Shown piece by piece: positions 44,680 through 54,077 of a stretch of 55,648 nucleotides of DNA. The stretch is from IMG/VR virus record IMGVR_UViG_3300012532_000003, positions 1-55,648 of that record; one strand, written 5' to 3'. Made by a program: the position numbers and the translations under genes. Under the pieces are notes generated by a model. That model was given only the letters and a program-made list of their open reading frames with translations. It searched no databases and had not been told where the DNA came from. The stretch comes from a virus (Duplodnaviria; Caudoviricetes). The first letter of the stretch is position 1. The number at the start of each line of letters is the position of its first letter.

Positions 44680-45849
44680 TTAGTCCCGGAATGAGAACGC
44701 TTCTTGCCGGTAGCCATTGTAAAGCTCCGGGTTCTGGCTTGCCGCAATGGACATGGCTTCGGTCAACGCAATCTTCTTCTCATCGGCAATGCGCTGAGAC
44801 TCACTCATGAACAACTGCTTGCTGTCCTTTGACCGTCCATAGCGAACGTTGGCTCCCGCCCGCTCCCCGATCTCTACCATGAAGCTGGTGCTGTTCCGCA
44901 TGAGGTTCAACAGCTCCCAGAACTGTTCCGAAAGCTCCACAGGGATGTCGAGCAGAAGGTCGTGAACCAGGTCCTTTGCCCGAGGCGTGAGTATGATCTT
45001 CGAAGTGTCAAACTCAGCCAGCTTACGGCTCACATCTGCCTCGCGCAGTGAGACCTGGAAATCGTTGAGGGCCTTTTCCTGTGCGTCAACAGTCTCAATG
45101 AGCGTCTTTACCATCGGGTTTTCCTCAGCGAGCTTCTTCAGCTCTGTGCTGAGATCCACTTTTGGAACGGTAGGGGGAGCTTTTGGCGGTGCTGGCGGGG
45201 CTGGCGGAGCCTTCAACGTTTCCGCCAACTTTGCAAAAGCTGCCTCTTCAGTGGTACCCTCCGGAAGACCAAGAAGCTCAGTAAGCTTCTTCAAATCCAC
45301 ATCTTCCTCCTTATGGGTCTGCTTCGCTCGGTTGATCGCATCAACCAGTTCAAACGCCTGATGTATGGAGTTTTCGGAGAGGTTAATTGGCAGCAAATTC
45401 TTCATGTAAGGCCGATTTGTCAGCGCTCCACCAAACAGCACGTCGCTGAACGACTTGCCCGCCGGGTCCGCCCACTTCTCTCGGAACTCCGCGGAAATGT
45501 ACCGCCACTTCTTTTCCTTGATGTCCTGAGCCGCGCTCTTTACCCACTCAACGAGTGCCCACAGGCCGTCGTGGCGAGCCTCGGCATCCTTAATCCAACC
45601 GGCGGCTTCTCCGTCACCACTGACCTTGTCACCGTGCATGAGGTTAATGCTTGGGTCGATGCCCCGCACCCGCTTTTTGACATTTTCCGCGAAATTTTTA
45701 ATTCGCTCGGAAGTCATGGAGAGCTTGCCATAAACCGGGTGCGTGTACTCACCTATCGGGAGCAGATGAATCCACGACTTTGGGACGTCCTCGCTTTCGT
45801 TGAGCTGAACGTTAGCCAGCTCGATGAGGTACAGGATGTCTTTCTCCAA
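44680..45849 (-). CDS. Mu gpI-like prohead protease/scaffold
   Basis: WIHLLP.G...HP.YG, AAGWI, VEW...A...I....RYISAEF, ALTNRPY. Confidence 0.92.
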   Translation of the reverse strand: MEKDILYLIELANVQLNESEDVPKSWIHLLPIGEYTHPVYGKLSMTSERIKNFAENVKKRVRGIDPSINLMHGDKVSGDGEAAGWIKDAEARHDGLWALVEWVKSAAQDIKEKKWRYISAEFREKWADPAGKSFSDVLFGGALTNRPYMKNLLPINLSENSIHQAFELVDAINRAKQTHKEEDVDLKKLTELLGLPEGTTEEAAFAKLAETLKAPPAPPAPPKAPPTVPKVDLSTELKKLAEENPMVKTLIETVDAQEKALNDFQVSLREADVSRKLAEFDTSKIILTPRAKDLVHDLLLDIPVELSEQFWELLNLMRNSTSFMVEIGERAGANVRYGRSKDSKQLFMSESQRIADEKKIALTEAMSIAASQNPELYNGYRQEAFSFRD

Positions 45850-45852
45850 TTT

Positions 45853-46188
45853 TCACTTCCCTCCCTTCGCTGGCTTCTTTTTCTTCCCAATGTTGGGATA
45901 CCGTCGAGCCACTGCGGCCCGAACTCTTCTCTTCTCCTCTGGAGTGCCATGTTGGGCAACTCTGGCCAAAGCATTCCTAGCATGGGCCTCGTCGTGAATC
46001 GGATAAGCTCTGTCTCCTGGAATGGCAAACTGTGTTTTTGCCAACCGTTTGCGAGCCCGGTACGACAATTCGGACATCATGGCAGGATCTACTTTTACCC
46101 GATCATAACCGACCTTTTGATCCTTGGCAACTGCACGGCGTTGTCTTACACTTGATGTTGACAAGCTCTGGCGTCGACTCATCGTCAC
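45853..46188 (-). CDS. Small basic head-region protein
   Basis: FAIPGDRAYPIHDEAHARNALARV motif. Confidence 0.8.
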   Translation of the reverse strand: MTMSRRQSLSTSSVRQRRAVAKDQKVGYDRVKVDPAMMSELSYRARKRLAKTQFAIPGDRAYPIHDEAHARNALARVAQHGTPEEKRRVRAAVARRYPNIGKKKKPAKGGK

Positions 46189-46433
46189 CGTTGAACACCT
46201 CCTATTTCCGTCGGAAAGTTTGGGTAATATACGGAGGTAAAGCTTGGATAAGCAGCCGCCGTGCTAGTTGTTGCCGGGCTGCCGTATACTGGCGCAACAA
46301 ATGGTGGTTTGATCAGTGACCGAAGAGCCTGAGACAACGACATCTTGTTAAACTTTGCCATCTGTTCCAGTACCTGACGCTCGTCTTTGGTAAGCCGAAC
46401 CGACACAATGCTGTCTCTGCTCACCTTACTCAT
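46185..46433 (-). CDS. Ribbon-helix-helix protein
   Basis: IVSVRLTKDERQVLEQMAK...SLSQALRSLI. Confidence 0.7.
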   Translation of the reverse strand: MSKVSRDSIVSVRLTKDERQVLEQMAKFNKMSLSQALRSLIKPPFVAPVYGSPATTSTAAAYPSFTSVYYPNFPTEIGGVQR

Positions 46434-48961
46434 TACTTTCCTCCAGAGGTGTCGAGTCCAGCGTTTGACTGTGGAAGCTTCACGTTCAGCTTCGGGGCCT
46501 GTTTTGGTAGACCAACTTTTGGTGGCATTGGGGTACCAGGCGTATTGGTTTGACCTTGTTGTTGGGTTGCCGGCATTCGTACCGAGGTTTTGTCCACAGG
46601 AGGGAGGTCCAGCTCACTTCGCAGGAAGTCTTCGAGTTCGTCGTCCGGCCGAATGGCGCCTGCACCAACAAAGTTCCGGAACGCGAACGACATGGTGCGA
46701 ATGTCCTCTTGCTCACCAATCCGACGAACGCGAAGTTTTGGATAGCCGCCCCGCGAAAAGTTAAAGTCAACAAGCTTCGGAATCACAAAATGATTGAACG
46801 TGTCACACACTGTGGTGGCAATGTAGCGCGTTGACTTGTAGTACACGTCCAACGAGTCCGGGTTTACGTTTGCTTCGTCCATGAAGGGAGCCAAAATATT
46901 CGACTTGATTTTCATGTCATGATGTTCAATCGACGGAATGCAGTTGACCGGTTGACCCTCAAGCTTGGCAAATAAAATTTCCCAAGTAGACGGAGCCACG
47001 ATGTGAGCGCGTTCGTTTGTTCTTAAGTTTCTTCCAAGATCCTCAGCGGTGTTCTTGTCCTTCGTTGAGTATCCAGGAGGCAGCTTAATCATCGGCACGC
47101 CAATGCCATGTCGCTCTTTCTGGATTGAATTACCAGTGTAATAAACAGATTCTTTTCGTCTAGCTAGCCAGTTGCCATTACTTGTTGATACACACCAAAC
47201 GGTTCCTTGATACTGTTCTTTAGTTATAGTCATTCCATTGGCATAACCCAACCGCTTCGACTGGTTTTCTGCATATTTAGGACTATATGTATGTTTGCGT
47301 AGAAGCTGGAGGCGCCAATGTGGGCCACCAGTAGAAATGCTACCGTAGTCATAATATCTAATACTTGTTGGAATACCTAGAAGTGCACATGCTAACTCAA
47401 TAGAGAAAAGTCTTTCTTTAATCTCTTGTGCAATATAAGGTTCATGTCCAGCAGTTGGTCGATAGCCATCACCAGAGATACATGTTTGCACAAACAAATT
47501 GAGCTGGGCCTTGGTGAGGCGAAGTATAAAATCTGGGTCTACTACCTTATAACCAATAAATGCTTCGGCAAATTCAAGACTTAGCAACCTACTGAGTCGA
47601 AACTGAGTAATATCAGGGCGGGAGTCATTAATGTTTTCTGTCCACCATTTTGTTCCGAATCGATCTTTCCTTGTGAGTTTCGAAACTGGAGAAATGGAAG
47701 ACAAAGAATTTCTAACTTGCTGAACCTTTTTTTCATTTACTAAATTCGATTGCTCGATATAAATCATTCCATTATGATTTGTACCATCTGCCCACATCCA
47801 AGCGACAAGCTCAACAAAGGTATCGGTGTACTTTTGTTCAGTTGGGAAACTGGAAACCTCTGCTGATTTAGGTACTTGGTCAAGATATGACAGCGTTTCC
47901 GTAGTTTTCCATACCCAATCGCCAGATCTTTTGTTTTTTACAAACCAACGGTGATCAGGCGTAGTCATAGCTGAAAATACACGACTTTCCATCTTTATCA
48001 TGTTGTGTGTGCCATTGGCCTTGTGAATAGCTTCAATTTCATTCCATTCACTTAGACCTGTAGATGTGTTAATTGTTAGCGTTTCATCTCCAATCTCTAT
48101 TTTGTCGTAGTGTTTCCAGCCCTTTTTGGTAAAGATTTCAGTTTCTTCATCTACACAGTCGATCTTGTAAAGCGTGTCCTTGTAGTAATGGTGCTTGTAG
48201 CAAGACCGAAGAATGGAAGTGCCTCGTAGGTCTCCACCTTCCTGCTCAAGCACAAAGATGACCAACTTCTCGATCGGAATGCTCACTGACCCATCAAAGG
48301 CCACCCCTTGGAACACCGAAGTACCATAAGAAGTGGAGTATTGCCCATACGGCTGCTCCATGACGATGCCACGAGGACCGCCGTGTTCGTCCCACTGCCA
48401 CTCCTTAACATCCATCGGGTGCCGAGGAGCTAGCTTCTGGAGCTTAAGCTTGTCACCATCAATCTTAAAGACAAGCTCAAAAGGAAAGTATCCGAAGTCG
48501 CACATGAGCAGGGCGTCCTCGACAATCCTGCTCCATGGCAGGTTAAGCTCGTGGAAAAGGTTCCTCTCCACGAACTCGGCAATATTTTTGTCGATTACGG
48601 AGTCCGACGCCGGTTCCACGAACCATCGAGCGGCCAGAATGGGAGTCTTCAACAGCCGAAGAGCGCCACGAATCGTTCCATCGGATCGCTTCATGTCGTA
48701 ATAGGTCCGAAGGCCAGCTTTGTCTCTAAGCTCCGGTACCCGTTCGTCGCGAATCCAGGAGGTCCAGGGCGAGGGTGAAGAGTAACCAAGCTCGGCAATG
48801 GCGATATCGCCTGACATGCCAGGGTCGCGCTCTGACATAATCATGAACGAGCCGTGCGCCGGGTCGTAGTTTGCCCCCACAACCTGATAGCGTTGCAGCG
48901 CTTCGGCAAAAGAGATCTGCCGAGCCTCGGCATACTCCTCAAGCTCTTCAATGGCTCCCAC
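46433..48961 (-). CDS. Portal protein (Mu gp29/DUF935-like) with intein
   Basis: Y..M..SDG.I...L..LK.PI, FG...FE.V, G.SILR.CY, ERHGIGVP. Confidence 0.92.
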   Translation of the reverse strand: MGAIEELEEYAEARQISFAEALQRYQVVGANYDPAHGSFMIMSERDPGMSGDIAIAELGYSSPSPWTSWIRDERVPELRDKAGLRTYYDMKRSDGTIRGALRLLKTPILAARWFVEPASDSVIDKNIAEFVERNLFHELNLPWSRIVEDALLMCDFGYFPFELVFKIDGDKLKLQKLAPRHPMDVKEWQWDEHGGPRGIVMEQPYGQYSTSYGTSVFQGVAFDGSVSIPIEKLVIFVLEQEGGDLRGTSILRSCYKHHYYKDTLYKIDCVDEETEIFTKKGWKHYDKIEIGDETLTINTSTGLSEWNEIEAIHKANGTHNMIKMESRVFSAMTTPDHRWFVKNKRSGDWVWKTTETLSYLDQVPKSAEVSSFPTEQKYTDTFVELVAWMWADGTNHNGMIYIEQSNLVNEKKVQQVRNSLSSISPVSKLTRKDRFGTKWWTENINDSRPDITQFRLSRLLSLEFAEAFIGYKVVDPDFILRLTKAQLNLFVQTCISGDGYRPTAGHEPYIAQEIKERLFSIELACALLGIPTSIRYYDYGSISTGGPHWRLQLLRKHTYSPKYAENQSKRLGYANGMTITKEQYQGTVWCVSTSNGNWLARRKESVYYTGNSIQKERHGIGVPMIKLPPGYSTKDKNTAEDLGRNLRTNERAHIVAPSTWEILFAKLEGQPVNCIPSIEHHDMKIKSNILAPFMDEANVNPDSLDVYYKSTRYIATTVCDTFNHFVIPKLVDFNFSRGGYPKLRVRRIGEQEDIRTMSFAFRNFVGAGAIRPDDELEDFLRSELDLPPVDKTSVRMPATQQQGQTNTPGTPMPPKVGLPKQAPKLNVKLPQSNAGLDTSGGK
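47129..48157 (-). mobile_element. Intein (343 aa) with LAGLIDADG-like domain in portal
   Basis: YKID|CVDEETEIFT...TPDHRW...VWCV.T.NGNWLARR...YTGN|S. Confidence 0.92.
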
Positions 48962-48969
48962 AAAAGCCC

Positions 48970-49251
48970 CTAGTCAATCCAGATGATCTCGGTTTTGCCG
49001 TCATGCCCATGAACCTTTATCGCATCTTCGATGCTTTGCCATACCACGGTCGAAGGGTACTCAGACTTCCATCGAATGGCAATTGTTCCATCGGAAAACT
49101 TGACTCCCTCGGCAACAATGCCAGTTCCTGAGATGCCAGTGACGTCATCTAGCCTTTGTAGCTTGAACCTTCTCATTCCACTCCCTTGGTTTCCTAGGCT
49201 CATTAGCTCAGTTTTCAGTATCTCGTAAAGAACATCGTCGTCAAACTTCAT
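48970..49251 (-). CDS. Conserved-type actinophage protein
   Basis: F.L.R..DVTGISGTG.VAEGV.FSDG...HGHDGKT; true start may be internal (MRRF). Confidence 0.8.
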   Translation of the reverse strand: MKFDDDVLYEILKTELMSLGNQGSGMRRFKLQRLDDVTGISGTGIVAEGVKFSDGTIAIRWKSEYPSTVVWQSIEDAIKVHGHDGKTEIIWID

Positions 49252-49541
49252 GGTACCTTCTCATAGGACAACTCAAATATGTCTGGTTTACAGGGGTAAT
49301 ATTCGCCACTAACGCCTCTTATGATCCAGTCACCGTGTCGAGCAATGTGGTCACCCTCTAACGTTGGAATGGTAAGCTCAATATACGGGCCAGATTCGGC
49401 ACAAGTATCCGAGTATGTTTCAACCGTGCGTCCTTGGTTCAACTCCGAGACAATGTCACCTAGAAACTCACACACCTCGCTCCAGGTGGCCCAACATAGC
49501 TGAACAGCTTCAATCTCTACGGGCTTCTTCCGAAACTTCAT
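49248..49541 (-). CDS. Widespread conserved phage protein
   Basis: KFRKKPVEIEAVQ...TLEG......GDWIIRGV.GE.YPCKPDIF..SYE. Confidence 0.85.
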   Translation of the reverse strand: MKFRKKPVEIEAVQLCWATWSEVCEFLGDIVSELNQGRTVETYSDTCAESGPYIELTIPTLEGDHIARHGDWIIRGVSGEYYPCKPDIFELSYEKVP

Positions 49542-49642
49542 GTGTTGTTCCATGCTTTCCAGGCCAAATAGTAAGCCCAAATGGTAACACCAACAAACAC
49601 CAAGCAACCGCCGCAGCCGGCCGCTAACAAGTATTTTGTCAT
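49538..49642 (-). CDS. 34-aa membrane peptide
   Basis: ATGA coupling at both ends; MTKYLLAAGCGGCLVFVGVTIWAYYLAWKAWNNT. Confidence 0.6.
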   Translation of the reverse strand: MTKYLLAAGCGGCLVFVGVTIWAYYLAWKAWNNT

Positions 49643-52174
49643 GAAAACCGCTTGCCTGTGGTAAAGTACCCACTGCTTGGAATATCACTGAATGACCGTG
49701 AGTCGATGATGTCGGACAAACTTTGAGTTGCGCCGAGCTTAAACACGTGCATCATTCCATACCGCAGCGCGTCAAGTGCGTGGTCATCGAACTTCTGAGC
49801 ATCTTCCCGTGGGTTTCGCTCTCTGCCTCGTGGCGGTTCGGCACTTCGGTAGTTGTTGAACTCGCGAATGATGTTGGTACAGCCATGATCAACAATTAGC
49901 CACGGCTCCTCTATTGGGGTTCCGTACTCGTCCTGATCTACTTCCTGGGACTTCAAGAACCCTTTAACAAGCTCAACGCCTTCGCGCCAGTTCGACTTTG
50001 CCATCGGATCTGCGTAACATGGGGAAAAATCCTCAGAAACCGACATTACAGCTTCCGGGTCGGCAGCATCTCCAAAGCAAAGGTCAATCTTGTAACCAGG
50101 TGGCTGCTCGCGAGACGCCATCTCGCCCAGGAAGTCTTTGAGCCTCATCCTTGTTTTGTAATGTTCCCGCCAAACCCGAACGCGCTGCATGGTGTCCACC
50201 TGGAACTCCACAGCGGCCATCGGTGCGACGAAGCCCCAGTCAAAGCTGATGTAGTTTGGAAGTAAAGGGTTGTACTCGATTTTTTGTACGTGTTCCTGTT
50301 CGTTCCATTCACTGTAAATTTTCCCGGAAAAACTAGTAAAGTCGGCACCAATCTCCTGCATGAACCAGTCGCTTGGCATGGTCCGTTCGAGAAGCAGTAT
50401 CTCTGGGTCGTTTCGTCCGTGTCTATACAAGTGAGGGTTTTCCCAGCTTGGAAACTGCCAGCTCGCATAATCGGGGTAGCTTGGGTCACGTCCGTACTGC
50501 CACAGGGCGTGCAGCCAGTTCATTCCCTCCGGGGTCGAGGTCATAATGGCATTACCGAGCACATCTGTCAGCGCCGGGCGAATAAACCGTTCCCAAGTTT
50601 CCTTGGTGTGCTTGGCAGATTCGCTCATAATCACGTAGTCGAGACGCTCGCCGACAAGGTTCTCCGGACGATCCGCGCTTCGTACCTCAAGCCTGGTCCG
50701 CCACGGAAACTCAATGCTTAGGTCACCTTGCTTTTTTGCATAGCTACGCCGGACCTCACGCTCACGTCCGAGACCAAGCTTTATAATCATGTCGTTCCAA
50801 ATAACCCGGAACTCTTTCTCACCAAGTTCAATCGTAGGTATTGCCTGTGTAGTGGACAGAACCACCACGCCGTGCAAGCCAGTTCCCATTGCGAGTCGTG
50901 ACACACCAGACAGTACCTACATATTGCTCACCCCCGATCTTCATCCCGTTTGGTCCAGCTACGTGAGTGGCTCGCACAGGATTAACAAAATCTTTGGTGA
51001 GAAGTCCTAGAACCCAGCCATTTTTGCCATCTTTAGTTCGAAGTCTTGTGCTTGTTGGGATACCAAGCAATTGGCACGCTAGTTGAACCGCAAAAAGTTG
51101 CTCTTCGTTTTCTTGATAAATTATCTTTTGGTTAGACTCATATCCATCCTTTAATTGATATCCAACAGTTCTATCGCCCAAAACAGACACGTCAACAAAC
51201 AGTCGAAGCTGAGACATTGTCAACGAACGAATAAAGTTAGGATCAATAAGCTTGTGATGTTCGATCTTGGCCATGTGAAATACTTCTTCAAACTTTTTAC
51301 TTAAAATTTTACCGATGTAAAAAACAGTCTTATCTGGATCTGACTCGGAAATGCGTTCTGACCAAAAAGCTGTTCCAGGCTGAATCGAACTGTGGCTTAA
51401 AATAGGATCTGGACATAGCTCCAATAATGCGCGCCTTATCCTGGCAACGTTTGTTTCGTTAACTACGTGTGATTGGTGAATCGTCAACGCACCCTTGGTT
51501 CCCGATTTTGATCCATCGGTCCATAACCAAGCAACGAGTTCCACAAAAGCATCCGAGTATTTTGGTTCTGTTGGAAACGTAGAGCATGGTGCAGCACGTG
51601 GAATTCTGTCATCTGCCGTTAATGTACTTGTAGTGCGCCAAGTCCAACCATTACTAGTTTTTGGAAGCAAATGCTCAATCGGCTTAAGAGCTTTTGGTAG
51701 CTTGGATCCTTGCTGTCTATAACCAATCCCAACACGTCGCTTTGTCAACCATCTGTGGTCTGGCGTCGATATCGAAGAAAACGAAGGTCCTTCCATCCGA
51801 ACAACATCATGAATACCTGGACTACAAAGGACCTTTTCTACAACATCCCATTCTGTTAATCCTGTAATTGGGTTAATGGAAAGTGTTTCGTCACCCACCA
51901 AAACCTCGTTATACCTCAACCAACCACGTTGAGTCAAAATCTCAGTTTCTTCATCTACACACGGGCCGACGATCCAGACCCGCTTGTTGGGCATCATGAG
52001 GATCGGCTCAACTTCCCGAGCACCCATGAGGGTCTTACCGGCACGGCGCCCCGCTACCGCAACCTTGAACCGCGCGGTGCTTTGATGGAACTCCCGCTGC
52101 TTTCGATATGGTTTGTACTCAATGAGGTCAAAGTACTTCCACTTATCTACCTTGTAGACTTTATCGAGCCTCAT
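49639..52174 (-). CDS. terL: Terminase large subunit with intein, split by a frameshift at ~50830
   Basis: N part: Q..FH, AGRRAGKT, WIVGP|TYD then stop; C part in another frame: LGEKEFR, L.GE.LD, STPEG.NW, DWGF, DDHALDALRY. Confidence 0.9.
50840..51961 (-). mobile_element. Intein (374 aa) in terminase, paralogous to the portal intein
   Basis: IVGP|CVDEETEILT...TPDHRW...VWCVTTRNGNWLARR...YTGN|T. Confidence 0.92.
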
Positions 52175-52706
52175 GGGCCTTCCCTAGCCTTTGGAGAAAC
52201 TCGAACACTTCTCTGTTCCACTGCGCGTCGGCTAGGGCGTGGTGTTCCACTGAGTCTTGTTTCGGAAGTGTAGGGCTGCCAAGCCGGTCGCATTCTTGTT
52301 TCAGGTCGTTGGTGTACATGGGAAGCCCTTTAGGCAGGTCGTTCATAGGTCCAAACAACCAGGCGTACGCGACATGGTCAAAGGATCCGTACCAGGCCCA
52401 AAGCTCTGGGTTTTGGTCGTAAAGTAGAAAGTCTCGAACTTCGTTGGCGATTACAAAGTGCGGTTTCACCACGGGATCTTCCGCATTAACCTGCCATAGT
52501 GGCAACTCGACCACATCGACATACTGTTTACTTGGTAACCATGGAGCTACGTTCTGCATTAACCAGGTGTTACTTTTTATCCGTTCCCATGGAGCGCTTG
52601 AGTTTACGGCATAGTACTCCCTGTCGTCCTCGGCAACGATCCCAATTGAAATAAGCTCAATGGTTTTGCCATCTTCAAGAAACTCGGTGTCGTAGAAGTA
52701 TCTCAC
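52161..52706 (-). CDS. DEDDh 3'-5' exoribonuclease (Rv2179c-like)
   Basis: YFYDTEFLEDG.TIELISIG, ELWAWY..FDHV, HHALADA.W. Confidence 0.9.
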   Translation of the reverse strand: MRYFYDTEFLEDGKTIELISIGIVAEDDREYYAVNSSAPWERIKSNTWLMQNVAPWLPSKQYVDVVELPLWQVNAEDPVVKPHFVIANEVRDFLLYDQNPELWAWYGSFDHVAYAWLFGPMNDLPKGLPMYTNDLKQECDRLGSPTLPKQDSVEHHALADAQWNREVFEFLQRLGKAHEAR

Positions 52707-52859
52707 CCAAAGCCATCCTATTTTTGACGATCTTCCTTGCTTTGCTCATGAGTACTATCCACCAGATCGAGGGTGACCGAAGGGACGGCCCAACCGTGAA
52801 AACGCCTGAACGCCTTTTGCACTGTAGTTCCGTTAAGCGTTCTCTTCGATGTTGGCCAT

Positions 52860-53102
52860 TTAAGCGTTTTCTTCGATCCAGTTGCTCATGGTAACGTCTT
52901 GGCCATCTCTGGTTCCGCTTAAGTAGACTGCATACGGCTTCGTTGGCTCGTTTGGCACTAAAATTGCCCATACCTCGTCGTGAGCATCCTGCACGTCGTT
53001 GACACACTCGTCAGGAATTACAACACCGCTCAAAACCTCGGAGTAACGGACGTCCTTATCCTGGGTCTCGCTAACCCGAAACGCACACTGCCACACCAAC
53101 AT
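52860..53102 (-). CDS. Hypothetical protein
   Basis: 80-aa ORF in operon. Confidence 0.6.
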   Translation of the reverse strand: MLVWQCAFRVSETQDKDVRYSEVLSGVVIPDECVNDVQDAHDEVWAILVPNEPTKPYAVYLSGTRDGQDVTMSNWIEENA

Positions 53103-53105
53103 GGC

Positions 53106-53450
53106 TTATCCGGCAAGACGATCGAGATAAATTGCAATGGAAGATGTCTGGGCAGTGACCGCTGCTCCAACAACTGTAATCACATCATCCGAGTTTACCG
53201 GTATTGGCGTTGTCGGTATGTATACACCAACGCTTGGGGTCCCAGACGTGGTAATGCTGTTCAACAGAACGTTGTAACCAGATCCAAGCCCTGAGGTAAG
53301 GGTTACAGTGGCCGACCCAGCAGTACCACCCGAGTAGGTCACCGTCACCATGCGCAACCTTCCGGCTTTGCCCGAAGTGGTCGCTAGTGTATTTGTTGCG
53401 TTGGTACCGGAGGTCTGGTTGAACCTGGCACAGCCGTAGTAGTCACTCAC
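53106..53450 (-). CDS. Thr/Ser/Gly-rich putative virion protein
   Basis: GGAGG RBS, GTG start; beta-rich composition. Confidence 0.7.
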   Translation of the reverse strand: MSDYYGCARFNQTSGTNATNTLATTSGKAGRLRMVTVTYSGGTAGSATVTLTSGLGSGYNVLLNSITTSGTPSVGVYIPTTPIPVNSDDVITVVGAAVTAQTSSIAIYLDRLAG

Positions 53451-53599
53451 TAGTACCCTCCGGAAGCCTTCTTCGTGGCTTTCTTGGCTGTCTTCTTTAC
53501 AACTTTCTTCGTCTTACCCTGCGGAAACCCAACGCTCACCTTTTTTGACATCTTGTCAGGATGAACGTTTCCGCTTCCGGATGGACTATATACAGCCAC
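53450..53599 (-). CDS. 49-aa protein: capsid N-terminus look-alike plus histone-like basic tail
   Basis: MAVYSPSGSGNVHPDKMSKKVSVGFPQGKTKKVVKKTAKKATKKASGGY; SD-like AAGGTGA/GGTGG, TAGTG coupling. Confidence 0.75.
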   Translation of the reverse strand: MAVYSPSGSGNVHPDKMSKKVSVGFPQGKTKKVVKKTAKKATKKASGGY

Positions 53600-53689
53600 T
53601 ATCCCACCATCACCTTACGTTGATCTCTTCAGCAACCCTTAAGTACTTGATTTTCATTTAACGACTTGCTGCCATACTGTTAATTTCTA

Positions 53690-53857
53690 TTAATGACTTG
53701 CTGCCATACTGTTGATCAATGCCAGCAGTGGCACTGCGACCCACAGGGCGAGGCCAAGAGCGACCATGTTAATTCGAGGGCTCAGCGTGCCGCCGAACGC
53801 CGCAGCCAGGAAGCACAAAAACGCGGCTATAAGCAGAATGAGCGTGAGAATCTGCAT
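53690..53857 (-). CDS. 55-aa two-TM membrane protein
   Basis: AAAGG RBS; MQILTLILLIAAFLCFLAAAFG...RINMVALGLALWV. Confidence 0.75.
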   Translation of the reverse strand: MQILTLILLIAAFLCFLAAAFGGTLSPRINMVALGLALWVAVPLLALINSMAASH

Positions 53858-53896
53858 GCCGTACGCCTTTCTCTAAGCCCTTCTTACGACTTTTTC

Positions 53897-54046
53897 TTAC
53901 TTAGCCCTTTTTAGTTTCTTCTTACGACTTTTTCCTGCTGTTTGCATTGAAATGGCAACTGCCTGCTTTTGTGGGTACCCTTCCTTAACCAACTTTGAGA
54001 TGTTCTCGCCGACCGTCTTCTTCGAAGATCCCCTTTTCAACGGCAT
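53897..54046 (-). CDS. 49-aa basic conserved-type phage protein
   Basis: GAGGT RBS; [40 protein letters not shown]. Confidence 0.8.
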   Translation of the reverse strand: MPLKRGSSKKTVGENISKLVKEGYPQKQAVAISMQTAGKSRKKKLKRAK

Positions 54047-54077
54047 GTCACTACCTCTCAGCAACCCTTAACGTTTA

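Noticed and set aside
45313-46155. 280-aa + strand ORF and similar long antisense ORFs (6568-7179, 37664-38260, 43279-43857, 54141-54695)
   Set aside because: Shadows of well-supported genes on the opposite strand; no recognisable motifs
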